Source of the DNA: Somniosus microcephalus
Lineage: Eukaryota
Reading direction: 5' to 3'
NCBI GenBank assembly: GCA_052327205.1
Contig: CM126234.1
Location: 29,636,001-29,700,000 of the forward strand
Length of the DNA stretch: 64,000 nt
In this document: piece by piece, positions 49,427 through 62,300 of the stretch
Layout: each line of letters starts with the position of its first letter
Position numbering within the stretch: the first letter of the stretch is position 1
Program-made: the position numbers and the translations under genes
The notes under the pieces: generated by a model
What the model was told of the DNA's origin: nothing
The model's database searches: none
What the model saw: only the letters and a program-made list of their open reading frames with translations

Positions 49427-51203
49427 GTATACTAATTGGTGTGTGTATCAAATTTGGGTGCACTGTTGTATTCCATACTGCTTATTTAAAATGGCCTCGT
49501 GTTCAATTGATTTCCCCCAATGGTCACTTGAAATTCCTCAAAGCGGCTGACAATTGCACGACTATAACTATTTTAAAAACGGCGGCATTATGTAAAATAA
49601 GTTGCATTTCTGCTGTTTACATCGACTAGCAATAACTAGTCACAGCGCATAAAGACGCATAATGGTCCTGATCAATCGAGAATTGAGCATGCTAAGCACA
49701 TGTTTTTTGCGACATATTTGGCAGGTCTGAATATAGCGGCGGCCAGCTTTCTGCAAGTTTTAACAAAAAATGCACCGATTTCACCTACAGTTCTTGCTGT
49801 TTTTATGAAAATGTCTCAATTTTGCTGGCCCTGTATATTTTTGTGTTCATTTAAAAATTAATTTTAAATGGTTTATCTCCAGGCTGCTATTATTTAAAGC
49901 TATGAATCTCTTCATTTCCATTCCATTCCACTGTAATTTTGCCTCAACAGTGACTAATCTTAATGATGTGTCCATGTTACAAGGGAACAAACCGAATTGT
50001 CCTCGGCTCATTAGATAGGTTCTTTTTAGTGCCTTCATAATAAAGGAAAAAGGTAACATTTCCTCTTCTGGGTTCTTTTCTAAGCGGACCTGTTAGAGTG
50101 TTGGACTGTGTTTTGTTATATTGTATTCATAAATGTTCTACACATGAATTATCACCTCCTAGTGTTGAAGGGTTTCATCATTCGTACTGCTTCGAATGGT
50201 TGCAGGGTGCTAAAATGGAAAAGGCTACTGGTGGTCTGACACATCAGAGTGGTGTGTTACCAGTTTATACCCCCATTGCACCGCAAAACATGTATCTGAT
50301 TGCTGCTATGCTTCCAAGGAAGGCGTGGTGGAGATTCTGATTTTCTCCAGAGGGCAAGTCACCATAGCTCTCTTGGCCGCCTTCCAGTGGTTAGCGATTG
50401 GCACGGGTGTGCTTCCCTTATGGCTCAGTGTTTAAATGCACTGCTCAGTTTTGTACTGAGTCTGATAGACCAGATTCCAGCTTTAATCCCTGCCCCATGT
50501 TGATTTAGCTGCTCTCAGCCAGAGAAGTTGTGGGACCGTTATAACTGGTTTCGGTGTCCTTGGGCTAAGGAGAGAAAATTAGCCAAATTTCCTGCTTCTA
50601 ATTGATAGTCAGTGACCCCTATTGTAAAGTGTATGTGGGTGGACTATTCAACTTTAAAGGTTTCTTCCCCCCCCCCCCCCCCCCCCCCGGCTTTATACTA
50701 TCAATAGAAATAAATTAGGGCACTCCCTGACTGCTCAGCTTGTTAAGATGACGAGTAACTGAGCTATATAGACTAGAAGTCCCAAGTTTGATCCCTTTTC
50801 TGTGGTGAGTTGGCTAATCTCAGCCAGGGTGGCAGTGGGGATGCTACAATTTGTGTCTGGGCTTTTGGGTTAGGGAGGGAAAAATCAGGGTGAGGTCTCA
50901 TTCCTGACCACTATCCAGTGACCCCTCCTGTAAGTGCATGCGTGTGGTCATTTGGATTAGGTTTGGCTTTGATGCCTCTGCAGGGGAATAGCTTGCCAAC
51001 ACTTGCTGTTTAGGCCCACACACAATGAATGTACATCTGGGCACAGTACCAGAAGGCCAATTCTGGTACATCTACACTTCCTGCAGGAGTGAAAAGGAGA
51101 AACTTAAGATGGAGGTTTTAATCATTGTGAGAAAGGTGAATCAGTTATTTTGCTGATCGTTCCCTCTTTCTTTGTAAAGACATGACTTGTTTTTCTTTTG
51201 CAG

Positions 51204-51840
51204 TTCCTTGTTGAGCATCTTGACTGAACAGCACTGAATTAATCTATAAAAATGTCAGGTACAGATCATTTAGTCAACAGTGGCAACAGCAAGGCTGCCA
51301 ATAGCACTGATGACATTTGCTGAGACGTCCTGCGCAACTTCTGCATCCGCGGCAAGCGCTGCAAGTTCTGCCACCCAAACGCTAATGAGTTTTCTGAACT
51401 TGGCTTTTTGTGTTATGACCTTCTTAATAAAGGCTGGATTCCAGTCTGCCACGACTGTCAGAAGGGTGGATGTCAGAGGCCCAGGTGTAAATTGTTGCAT
51501 GTAGAATGTGATGGGTATAATTATGAAAATCACCAGTAGGGAAAGCATGTATCATTGCCAAGTACTGTTTCCCTTGATGGGTAGATAAGATCCCCATCAA
51601 GGAGATACCCATCTGAAGAGAAGAATGACTCTCACTGAGATAGGAATATGGCGTCCCAAGTTCACATCCAGTTGATTCCTAATACCTTCAAGAGACCCTT
51701 ATGCTGCGAAAGCACAATGGGGAACTCCATACAGGTGGCAAATCTGGCGCAGAATGCACATCTCTGCAAACAAATGGCAGTGGGAATGCTGGCCTCCGCA
51801 CTCTTGGAAACAGCTGGGATGCACTTCTCTCAGTAACATC
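51204..51840 (+). pseudogene. ZC3H10-like pseudogene (third copy)
   Basis: The acceptor ttttcttttgcag is at 51203 and the ATG at 51252: MSGTDHLVNSGNSKAANSTDDIC*DVLRNFCIRGKRCKFCHP...IPVCHDCQKGGCQRPRCKLLH. A frameshifted coiled coil follows (MLRKHNGEL / QVANL / QNAHLCKQ). The TGA at 51321 replaces Arg. Confidence 0.85.
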
Positions 51841-53387
51841 AGGGAGTGATGCTCTCAGGAAGGGTGCGACTAAGACCCAGCATGTTTTGTTATACTTCAT
51901 TATGCTTAATAAATAGACCCCAGTTTCATTCTGATCTCAGCAGGTTATCCTGGAGGAGTCTGCTTTGTATGCAAAAATGCAAGAAATTTATAAATGAAGC
52001 TCATCATGAATGTAATATGCTGTACCATTGCATGCTCAGTATTAACTTTTGTCCACTAAACTTAGACGGATCAATTTAGCAGTGGATGAGTGACAACATA
52101 GTGGGAGCGCATTGTAATGCATACCTGTGCTCACTGCATTAATCCCACTTCTAGGCAATTGGCAAACACTTTCTTAGTATCTATAATGTTGGTGGGTTAG
52201 TAGGTTTATTTGCTGCAAACTAGTGACTTTTGCCAATTGCTGTTCTCTAGTAGCTCAGAGTCTTCACTTTGAGCTTTGTGTTGCCCAAATAGAATATAAC
52301 TGTTCTCAAAAATATTGTGCATTATGTTCAAGTTGAACATCACCATCTGATATTTTCTGTCCTGTCTTTTGACACAAATCACCTCAGCATATTCAATGCA
52401 TTGTGTAAGATTTTTTTTCTTAAATCATGCTGAAACGTAGGAACCTTCCTGTTGGTCAAATCGCAAGTTTGTTTGTTTTAAATTATTCTTGCCAGTTTGA
52501 ATAGAAATTGTATCTGGGAACGCGAAGAGGAACACATTTTGACAACTTCCAATACATGTTTAGTATACAGCAGCTAGTGTAAAAAAATTCTTGTGGCGAA
52601 TCGTGAAGTATGTAAGGGGTGTTACAATGTTATAATCTATCACACGTTTCTGAATAATCTGTGATTCTGAACATCTAAATTTACTTAAAGCTTTGAACCT
52701 CCTTCCCACATTGATTATCTATTGACTCCGCGCAACTGTCTTTTCTCTTCCCCAACCCAGCCAATGATGCAATTAATGTTTATAGAAGAGGGATTTGTTT
52801 TCAATTTTTAAAGGATAAAAATGATTAGATTACTGATTTTACACCTTTTTGTAGTTTTTAGTTATTCTTTAAACTTGAGAAAATGCATTAGAGACAGAGT
52901 GCCTTTCCTCGTTGTAATTTGAGTTCATTTTCTTGAAGCAAACCGCCTCTGATTATCATCTGTGTTGACAGTTGTAAAATGTAAACATTATGATTCCTCT
53001 CTGCTTTCGGACAGAAAGACAGCATTATTCCTCATCTTAATTTGAGTTCTTTTTCCCCCAGTGAAAAACAAATGCATTTTAAAAGCTCTAATTAATCACC
53101 CATCTTTTTGTTGGCTGTTAGAATGTTTACATTTTCTTACAACTGTGAGAGAAACAAATAGAATCTATCACAAAACACAGTATTTAGTGTTTGCAAAGAT
53201 CCCTTAAAGTCACAAAGCAGCGCTGCTAAATGTGGAATTCCCCCAAACCCAAAATTATCAGTTGCTTGTCTGCTCCCTCCCCGTAACTGCCTCTGCTGCT
53301 TCCTGCACATCAAGCCGAACCCCACAGACGCACACCCACACACACACATTACTAAAAATTTGCTAATATGCAAATTCTCTAGGAAAC

Positions 53388-54612
53388 AACAGCAACAACT
53401 ACTTGTATTTATATAGCGCCTTTAACGTAGTAAAACGTCCCCAAGGTGCTTCACAGGAGTATTTTAAGACACAAAATTAGGGCAGGTGACCAAAAGCTTG
53501 GTCAAAGAGGTAGGTTTTAAGGAGCGTCTTAAAGGAGGAAAGACAGGTAGAGAGGCGGAGAGGTTTAGGCAGGGAATTCCAGAGCTTAGGGCCTCGACAA
53601 CAGAAGGCACGGCCACCAAAGGTTGAGCGATTATAATCAGGGGTCATTAAGAGGGCAGAATTAGAGGAGCGCAGATATCTCGGGGCGGGGGCGATTACAG
53701 AGATAGGAAGGGGCGAGACCATGGAGAGATTTGGAAACAAGGGTGAGAATTTTGAAATCGAGGCACTGCTTAACTGGGAGCCAATGTAGGTCAGCGAGCA
53801 CAGGGGTGATGGGCGAACGGGACTTGGTGCGAGTTAGGACACGGGGCAGCCGAGTTTTGTATGACCTCAAGTTTATTGGGGGGAATGTGGGAGGCCAGCC
53901 AGGAGTGCGTTGGAATAGTCAAGTCTAGAGGTAACAAAGACATGGATGAGAGTTTCAGCAGCGGATGAGCTGAGGCAAGGGCGGAGACTGGCGGTGTTAC
54001 GGAGATGTAAGTAGGCGGTCTTTGTTATGCTGTGAATATGTGGTCGGAAGCTCATTTCCGGGTCAAATATGACACCAAGGTTGCGAACAGTGTGGTTCAG
54101 CCTCAGACAGATGTTGGGGAGAGGGATGGAGTCAGTGGCTCGGGAATGGAGTTTGTGGCGGGGACTGAAAACAATGGATTTTGGTTTTCCCAATATTTAA
54201 TTGGTGAAAATTTTTGCTCATCCAGAACTCTGTCGGACAAGCAGTCTGACAATTTGGAGACCATGGAGGGGTCGAGAGAAGTGGTGGTGAGGTAGAGCTG
54301 GGTGTCGTCGGCGTACATGTGGAAACTGACGCTGTGTTTTTGGATGATGTCGCCAAGGGGCAACATGTAGATGAGAAATAGGAGGCGGCCAAGGATGGAT
54401 CCTTGGGGGACACCAGAGGTAATGATGCGGGAGCGGGAAGAGAGGTCATTGCAGGTGATTCTCTGGCTACGATTAGATAGATAAGAATGGAACCAGGCGA
54501 GTGCAGTCTCACCCAGCTGGACCACGGAGAGACGTTGGAGAAGGATGGAGTGGTCAACCGTGTCAAAGGCTGCAGACAAGTCAAGAAGGATGAGGAGGGA
54601 TAGTTTACCTTT
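53388..54612 (-). mobile_element. L2-clade LINE 3' fragment with RT remnant
   Basis: LLDLSAAFDTVDH, GVPQGSILG, HMYADDTQLY, SRLDYSNALL and LHWLPV motifs, and a tail ending ...aaggcgctatataaatacaagtagttgttg. Confidence 0.93.
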
Positions 54613-55409
54613 GTTAGAACCTAATTGTAATCTCGCGAGCTTTTCTGATTTGACAATAGTTATACTTGTCAGTGAAATATTAATGGGAAACAAAGCAGAA
54701 ACTCCTTGGTGATGACACATATTTTGATAAATTTTTCAGTATTTTCCGAGTACCAATGAACCTGCGTTTCAGTATTTTTGACTTTTTAAAAAATTTTCAC
54801 CGTACAGTATATTGCTGATTATTTTGACCACATTGACTGGAGTTTCCTATGCAGTACATACTGCAATGGAAACTGCTATCTTTATGCCTTAAGACTGGAG
54901 TGTTGTCCTTGCTGTTGAAGATCAACATATATATTATATATAATATCACAAATTATGAAAGCCTTTTTTAAATTTTGTAAAATAAAACCGACTTTCAAAC
55001 ACAGTCCATGTCTAAACACATTGTAGACAAGTAGGAAATTCCATAGGTGAACTTGCATAAAGGATTTGTCCTGAAGGAACTGTTGGTGCACTCGAGTGTC
55101 TGTAAATTAGAAATTTTACTTTGATTTCTGCATGCTTTAGGGTCCACGTGCTGGACTATACCACGCTCCTTTATAGCTTCTTTTCGGCAACCCTCCCCTG
55201 CAGTGCACACTGGTTCAGGGATTTCTATAATACTCCATGCCCAGGACCCTGAGACCCAGATAACTGCAGTTTTTCTGTGTTGAATTTGTGTTGTTCTGAA
55301 AATACGCTGATCCATTTTCATAGTTTGAACACAACAGTTTATAGTATATCGATTATAGGGCCAGTGTCAATTTAATTCTCTGCCAGTTTATGGTGCCTAA
55401 AGAAAAATC

Positions 55410-55815
55410 GAGTAGCATTCTCGCCTCTGAATCAGAAGGTTGTGGGTTCAAGTCGCACTTCAGGCACTTGAGCACAAAATCTAGGCTGAGCACTCCAGTG
55501 CAGTACTGAGTGAGTGCTGGACTGTCAGAGGTGCTGTCTTTCGGATGAGACAATACATCGAGGCTCCGTCTGCCCTCAGGTGGATGTAAAAGATCCCATG
55601 GCTCTATTTCGAAGAGGAGCAGAGGAGTTCTCCCCGGTGTCCTGGCCAATATTTATCCCTCAATCAACATCACTAAAACAGATTATCTGGTCATTGTCAC
55701 ATCGCTGTTTGTGGGACCTTTCCGTGCGCAAATTGGCTGCAGCGTTTCCTACATTACAACAAGTGAGTACACTTAATGAGGTTGTGAAAGGCGCTATATA
55801 AATGCAAGTCTTTCT
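55410..55815 (+). mobile_element. Deu-domain SINE (SacSINE1-like)
   Basis: Same core and tail as the other copies. Confidence 0.85.
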
Positions 55816-56914
55816 TTCTAGTTTAGGTTTCTTTCCTATTAAGCCGACCCTAAAATGTTGTCCAATATTTAGAAACACGGGTTCACTTTCCAGTTTCCTC
55901 CACACAGTCAGCCAAGCCCAAGTGCTTACCTTCGGGGAAAGAGCGCCAGGCCATTCTAGAACATCTCTTTACAGCGGAATTAAGAATAGCATGAGCAGGT
56001 TCGGCGAACAGGTAAGCTTTCTGCCTTCTTAGTATGGGAGGTCGGAGCAAATTCGTTAAATGCAGTTCAGGTATCCAAGGTACCGTGTCAGTGATCAGTA
56101 ACATCTCATTCAAGTTTGTGTTTATTGACACAAACGATTACTTGGGAACAACAATTTATTTATTTTCTAAGGATACAGCGTTCAAATTATTTCCTCTGTT
56201 TATTTTTGTATTTTCATTGCTTATTCTTCTGCCTATCCTGATGCTGAGAGGCGTCATGTGGCCTGCCTCCAGCAGTTGCAAGTGCTCCCTGGAGCAGCAA
56301 ACAACAACAACTTGTATTTATATAGCGCCTTTAACGTAGTAAAACGTCCCAATGCATGACTCAACAGCCTGCCCCTGTTTGCAGCTCAGATCAGAACATT
56401 TTAAATTTGTCATTCATACTCCTGATGATTCTGATATTCCAAGCATTTATCCAAGATGCTGTTCAAGTTTAGTGTAGCTTACAGTTAGTAATTCCTTATG
56501 GTTTTTAAGACCGAGTTTCTAGTTTTTCCTGATCATTCAGATGCCGCAGTTGTCTCTCAACTTTTTAAGCTGACTCTTGCATTATCAGACCTTGTACTGC
56601 AAAGGGTCAGTTTGAGGGTGAAATTTGCATTTGAAGTTTACAACAAATCTCTGAAAGCTTTAAATGTCCTCTTAAGACTTAAAAGTCAACCAATAACATT
56701 AACATTAATTTACAACTTTTCTGCTCCCCTCTGAAAATAGGCTGTGCCTTGTTAGCTTACTGAAGGAGTTTATCTTTGGCCTGGGGATGTTCAGAAATTG
56801 TATTAACCATTTCCAGCCAGAGGGCAGACCAAGTCTTTGAAAGTAAGATGTTTTTGCTTTTTCCTGACTAATATATCCACTGCAGTATAACTGCTAAAAC
56901 CTGAGGCTCTAAAT

Positions 56915-57305
56915 ACCTTGATGGTTCAGTGGGTTAAAGCACTGCCATTGTGGTACTGAGCCGCACACCCTCGGTTCGATCCCTGGTCCATGCTGAAGTA
57001 CCTGATCTCGGCTAGTATGCTAGAGGATGCAGTTAGCCTCACTGCCCAGGCTAATGTGGGTTGGATCAGCGACTTGACTGCTACCCAGTGACCCATGATG
57101 GAACTTGCATGCACATGGACATTGGATTTGGGAGAGGGAAGAAATCGGGCTTGGCTCTGGTGCTTGCCGTGGTTGAAAAGCCCGCTGACACTAATTGTTA
57201 GGATCATAAATAAAGAACGGTGTCTTGGGCAGGTTAGTCAAAGGCTGCCTGTGCCTATTGAACTGTTATCTCCATGAGTCACCTCCTTCAGAAGAGGGGA
57301 GAAAA
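56915..57305 (+). mobile_element. Old tRNA-derived SINE family (related copies at about 6990-7200, 7550-7760, 10800-11120, 11540-11900, 50420-50640, 50720-51100, 63050-63300)
   Basis: A box tggttcagtgg and B box ggttcgatcc, plus shared body motifs (ctgatctc.gc, gatgc...ttagcctca, atccagtgaccc) in several degenerate copies. Confidence 0.55.
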
Positions 57306-59079
57306 TTTGGAGTGAAGTAAAACACCGTGTGGTTCCTTACTAATCCGAGGCAGGCATCAGGTTTAAGTGGACTACAACGGTAGGAAATCTCCCTGTTACA
57401 ATGTATAGAATGGATGATGTACACATTTAGTAATCACAAGATATTTCCAAATGAGGAAAGCCATTCGGTCCAACAATTCGCCCATATCATACCTTTTTGA
57501 TACAAGAGGTTAGGGTGTGGGGTGGGATGTCAGTAATGGTATTTCACAACACATGAATGATATAATAAATACACTTCAATTTCAGCTGACTGGGAGTCAA
57601 AATTATAATTCCAGCTATGTGTAATTCTATACTGCTGTTACTCCAATCCCTCATTAATTCATTCTACTTATGTCTCTGGAGTACTTTGGATAAACGGAAG
57701 TATACCACATATAAAATGTAAATTTTGAAAACAAATATATATGACCAAAACACACTGACACCAACAGTGAGATTAACATTTTAGTGAAATGGTTTATGTA
57801 TGCTGCAAAGGATTACTCGTCTGGATGCTGATCAGTAAAGTGACTGAACAGGCTTCATCTGGCATGCAAGAAAGATTTAATATGCATCTTATGCATGTTA
57901 ATGGCATTACATTGTTATAAGGTGATACGATCCATGCATCTATGTGATTACATGTAGAATGTTATTTGCCGTGTTGCAATTATATCTTTTAAAATACAGA
58001 TTTTTTTTAAATGTATTTCTCTCTTTCCTCCCCCCCCCGCCCCCCTGCTTTCCCTGTCAATAGTTCTACAGCTCTTGTTCCCTAAGATTCAAAAGTGTAT
58101 TCATGAATTCTGGTCTTACAAAAGTCACATGGCTCTGGATTAACAATTACCCTAATTGCAGTAGAAAACAGCACATCCCATGTGTCTGAATACTTTAGTA
58201 GACAAATATCACCACAGTCTAAAATTACAATATTTCTTTTCAAATTAAATAAGCAAACTCTTTAATCTTTAGCGCTAAACAAATGCTACAGAATTCAGAT
58301 TATGCAATTACAGCACAAGGCAATGTTTTGCCGCACAAATCCATTAATATGCCAATCTGCATAACGAGTCGCTTCCAGCAGAACTAGTCTTTTGTGGTTT
58401 TAAAACTCTTTCAGCAAGGTCTACACGATTGACTTTCTCCAATGAAGCCTCCAATTTTTAAGTATAAATGTTCTTCAGTGTAGGATTTATAATCAATTTT
58501 AATGAAGTTGACCACAAATAAGCACAGTAAGAATATAAAATTCAGCAGGAAAAGGCCATTTGGTTCATCAAGCCCATACCCATCGGTGGTAGCATTCTGA
58601 CTCCTTTGACCAATAATCAGGGTCAGTGTTCTGTGACTGTAAGTCAAATTCTATTTTTACCAAATGGAAGTGCAGGATTTTTACTGGTGTTTTGGGAACC
58701 AAAAATGACCATTTTAACACTGAAGTATAGCAATACACAAGCTGATGAACCTTTCACAACCAAATGTAATGCTCCTTGATTTGTGCAGATGCATCTGCAA
58801 ATGGTTGCTACCAGTTATCTTTTGTAGCATCATATCCCCTAAATCCTGTCTCTGATGCAGCAGATGAATCTTTGTTTGTCTTCAGAATTATAACTCCAGA
58901 ATTGCTCTTGCATGAGCAGTATCTTTAAACTTTTCCATGTTTTTTTTCTAGTTCATTCAGCAGTAATTTCTGGAAAAAAATTACTAACTAATAGACCTGC
59001 TTAGGAGTCTTTGCACCTCTTTCTTTCTTGCACGGTGGGCATGACATACCCTCAATAGCTGATACTTTCACGTTATGAA

Positions 59080-59520
59080 GTCCTAACTCGCACCAAGTCC
59101 TGCTCACCCATCACCCCTGTGCTCATTGACCTACATTGGCTCCCAGGCCACCAAAGCCTCAATTTTAAAATTCTCATCCTTGTTTTCAAATACCTCCATC
59201 TCCCTATATCTGTAACCTCCTACAACCCTCCGAGATCTCTGCGCTCCTCCAATTCTGGCCTCTTGAGCGTCCCTGATTTTCTTCACTCTACCATTGACGG
59301 CTGTGTCTTCAGCTGCCTAGGCCCAAAGCTCTGTGATGTCCTCCCTAAACACCTCTGCCTCTCTCCTTTTAAGACACTCCTTAAAACCTACCGCTTTGAC
59401 CTCGTCTGTCCTAATATCTCCTTGTGTGGCTCGGTGTCAAACCTTGTTAATGCTCCTGTGAAGTGCCTTGGGATGTTTGAATACATTATTAAAGGTGCCA
59501 TATAAATGCATGTGGTTGTA
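59080..59520 (+). mobile_element. L2 3' fragment
   Basis: LHWLP...FKILILVFK...RSLRSS...FKTLLKTY plus the L2 tail. Confidence 0.85.
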
Positions 59521-60199
59521 GTTATGTCCTCAAATGTCAAATCAGTGATTCCAAATACATATTTGTCGTCTTATGTTCTCTTCTAGCAACTATCTGAAAT
59601 CTGTCGTTCTGTTTGAACAATTCCCGCACTGTTAGTCATCTACTGATGTCAATGCTTTTAATGTGCTCATTATTTTTATGATACAGTCTACTCTTAGAAT
59701 ACAAAGTCACTTAATTAGAATTACCTGTTAATTCAAATTTCTTTAGAGTACAAAAAAGTGCTGTTTTAATTAAGTTTTAATTTGAATTACTGTATAATTC
59801 AAATTTTTGTGCAAAAAAAATTACTTCAGGTTAACTGGAGTAAACTACCGCTGCAGTTGAAGCAATGCTAAAGTGAAGCTGTCAGAATCTGTAACTTCAT
59901 CAAAGTACATAACTTTTTTCATTCAAATTCAGTTGCTAGAAATCTGAAGATGCAACTAACATGTTAAAATAGCTTGTATTAACAAACTGTGCCTTAATTT
60001 TCTATCTAGTTGATGGCTTGAAATGTTTCCATGCCCTGTTTAGGTCTTTGGGGTCCCAAAAAATCTGTCTTTTACTCCGTGTCAGTAGTTACTAACACAT
60101 TTGCTTGTTTTGTTGGTACATTTATAGTCTCAGTCACAATACATTTTTTATTTTAAAGTAGTGCAGATGGTATTTTTCTGTGTGTGTATATTTCTTAAG

Positions 60200-61300
60200 T
60201 CCTGATCTGGTGGGTTCCTAGCAAACAACCCAATCTTTGAAGAAGATCCTTCATTCCTGTATAAGCGTTTCCTTACTTTTCACTAGACTGAATTTCTTGC
60301 ATGTGCTTAGACCTAAACTTGGCTGAATATCTTTTGGCACTACAAATGACAACTAGTATTTGATGTTCTTGTGTATGACGCTGGCAGTACATTTGTCTTT
60401 CACGTTGTGTCTGGTCCTGACTACCCTGTCACTTTTATATCTTTGTTTCATGCAGTTTAGGTCTATCCGATATGACATTTACACATTTTCCTAATTCCAG
60501 TTTAAAGCACATGACTGTTTCATTCACTATTAATGGTACCACCCAAACTCTCATTGTTTGATTTGGAGCTATTACATCCATGTAAAATTCTGCAAGTTCT
60601 CTTCTACATCATGCACTTTACTTTTGCCTGTTCTATAATTTGCAACATCTTGCATAGTGTTTTTTAACCACATTTTATGCACTTTCCCAAAAGCTTAGCA
60701 TCTTTTGGATCTATATAGGTTCCACACCATTCCCTCACTCTGTTATCTCTCTCAACTTTGATGCATCAGACTTTTAATTTGATAGTTTCTTAACCTCTCT
60801 GTTAACAAATGTGTGGTTCCATTTTCGTCATAGCACAGCTATTTGGCCTGATCTTTTATTCTTTCGCTCCTAAGAATTTATACTATTTTGTCTTAATGTC
60901 AGATCTTGTGCTCTCAGCAGCCTTTCTGGAATAATTATTTGGTATTTTACATATTATCCTGTCCCTTTTAGTGATTCTATTCAACAAATTGAGTCTTGCT
61001 TTGAGTTCTTAATCCAGTTTACATACTGATCGATAGTTTCTCCTGTTTATGCACAAGAATAATCAGTGCTTTGATTTCCAGTATCAATTAGATTTATGCA
61101 TTACGTCAAGTACCACATTCTTTCCTTCAAAGTTGAAATTATTTTAAATAGTCTTCAATAACAGGAAAATGGATGCTTTCAGCTGAAATTTTTTAGTCCC
61201 AATGGCTGCTACAAACAATACATATCCTTTCATGTTTTCTACAATTTTCTGCAAGATTCCCAGTCAATTTAACTTTGTGGCTTACAAAATAGTAATTATT
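60200..61300 (-). mobile_element. Highly decayed Gypsy gag-protease remnant
   Basis: The minus strand gives a degenerate zinc knuckle (about AFGK.CIKCG*K.HYARCC), then WVVPLIVNETVMCFKLELGKCVNVISD, resembling the protease motif VxFKLDTGAxVNVIS. Confidence 0.55.
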
Positions 61301-61879
61301 TAGTTAATTTCCTTCTTGACATCAGCTCTTGATATCATGTAAAATTTTCTTTTTGAACATTTTAAGGTCTGTTGTAAATTGTAATCCGTAAAAAAAAAAA
61401 AATCAAAGTTTCTATTCCTTATTTTTTTTCAGCAGCACAATCAACACGTACAACCTCCATCTTATATATCAGTGCTCTGCTGCTAAGCTGCACAGTTTTT
61501 AAACTAGTTAAACTCCAGCAGTACGTGTGTGGGTGTGGTGGGGGTGTCTCTTAGTCTCTCAGACTCGGCTCCTTAGACTTGCTTCACTTTCGGAAGTGTA
61601 TTCTATAATCGAGCAAATCTACTCGTGTAAATTTCTCAATAATTTGGTTTGAAAACTCTTAACACGCTAATGAGTTTCCGCACATCGGATACTTGTCTGA
61701 TGTTTTTAAAAATACGGTGCTTACTAAAGTTAGTACTTTGTCATTACTTGTGGTGGTTTATTTGTGATCTCACACGCCTTATTCAGTTTTTGCAACTTGC
61801 TTCCGGCATAAGTTGTTTTCCCTACAATTGTTCAGTTACAGTGCATTATTATGGTTTGGTTTCATGATGCTCTGTTTCT

Positions 61880-62300
61880 CGATCGCAGATGGGCAACCCT
61901 GGTGGTTGCTATGCTCTCATTTCCTTTGCTTGAGCTGTCGGCGTCTCGGTGCTTCTCGAGTCGCGCGGTTTGACGTCGTGTGCTGCTGGTGAATGTGGGG
62001 GAGGGAAGTGGTATTGACGCGCGCCATTTTAAAATCGGCTTTTCAGGCCGCAGTGCTATCGCCGATCTACTTACAAAATGGCGCCTGCCGCCATCTCGGA
62101 TGACTGTCGGGTAGATTAGCCAATGCGGAGGGCTGCCTTTCCCGGATATTTCCGCCCAGGGTTCGGCCTTTTGTGTTGTTGAGGCCCAATACAAAGTTTA
62201 TTTAATCGTCACTTTCCAAGCGCTGATTGAATTCCGCATAGTTCCTCGCTGCTAGCTGGATGTGTGGAGGTAAGATCCCGAGTTTTTTTTGTTTTCGGCC
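61880..62300. promoter_or_regulatory. CpG-island promoter with three YY1-like motifs, CCAAT and an RFX-like box; splice donors on both strands
   Basis: cgccatttt (62022), aaaatggcg (62075), gccgccatct (62087), ccaat (62120) and ggcaacc...gttgctatg (about 61892-61912). The plus donor gag|gtaaga is at 62269 and the minus donor ttt|gtaagt at 62075. Confidence 0.65.

Noticed and set aside
51321-51323. In-frame TGA next to a zinc-finger Cys as possible selenocysteine or readthrough
   Set aside because: It aligns to Arg (CGA) of CRDF, not to Cys, consistent with CpG deamination. Further stops, deletions and frameshifts follow.
62230-62300. Fourth ZC3H10 first exon at the 62-kb island
   Set aside because: It lacks the GGAGGACCTG motif, and similarity is limited to a generic donor plus a T-rich tract.
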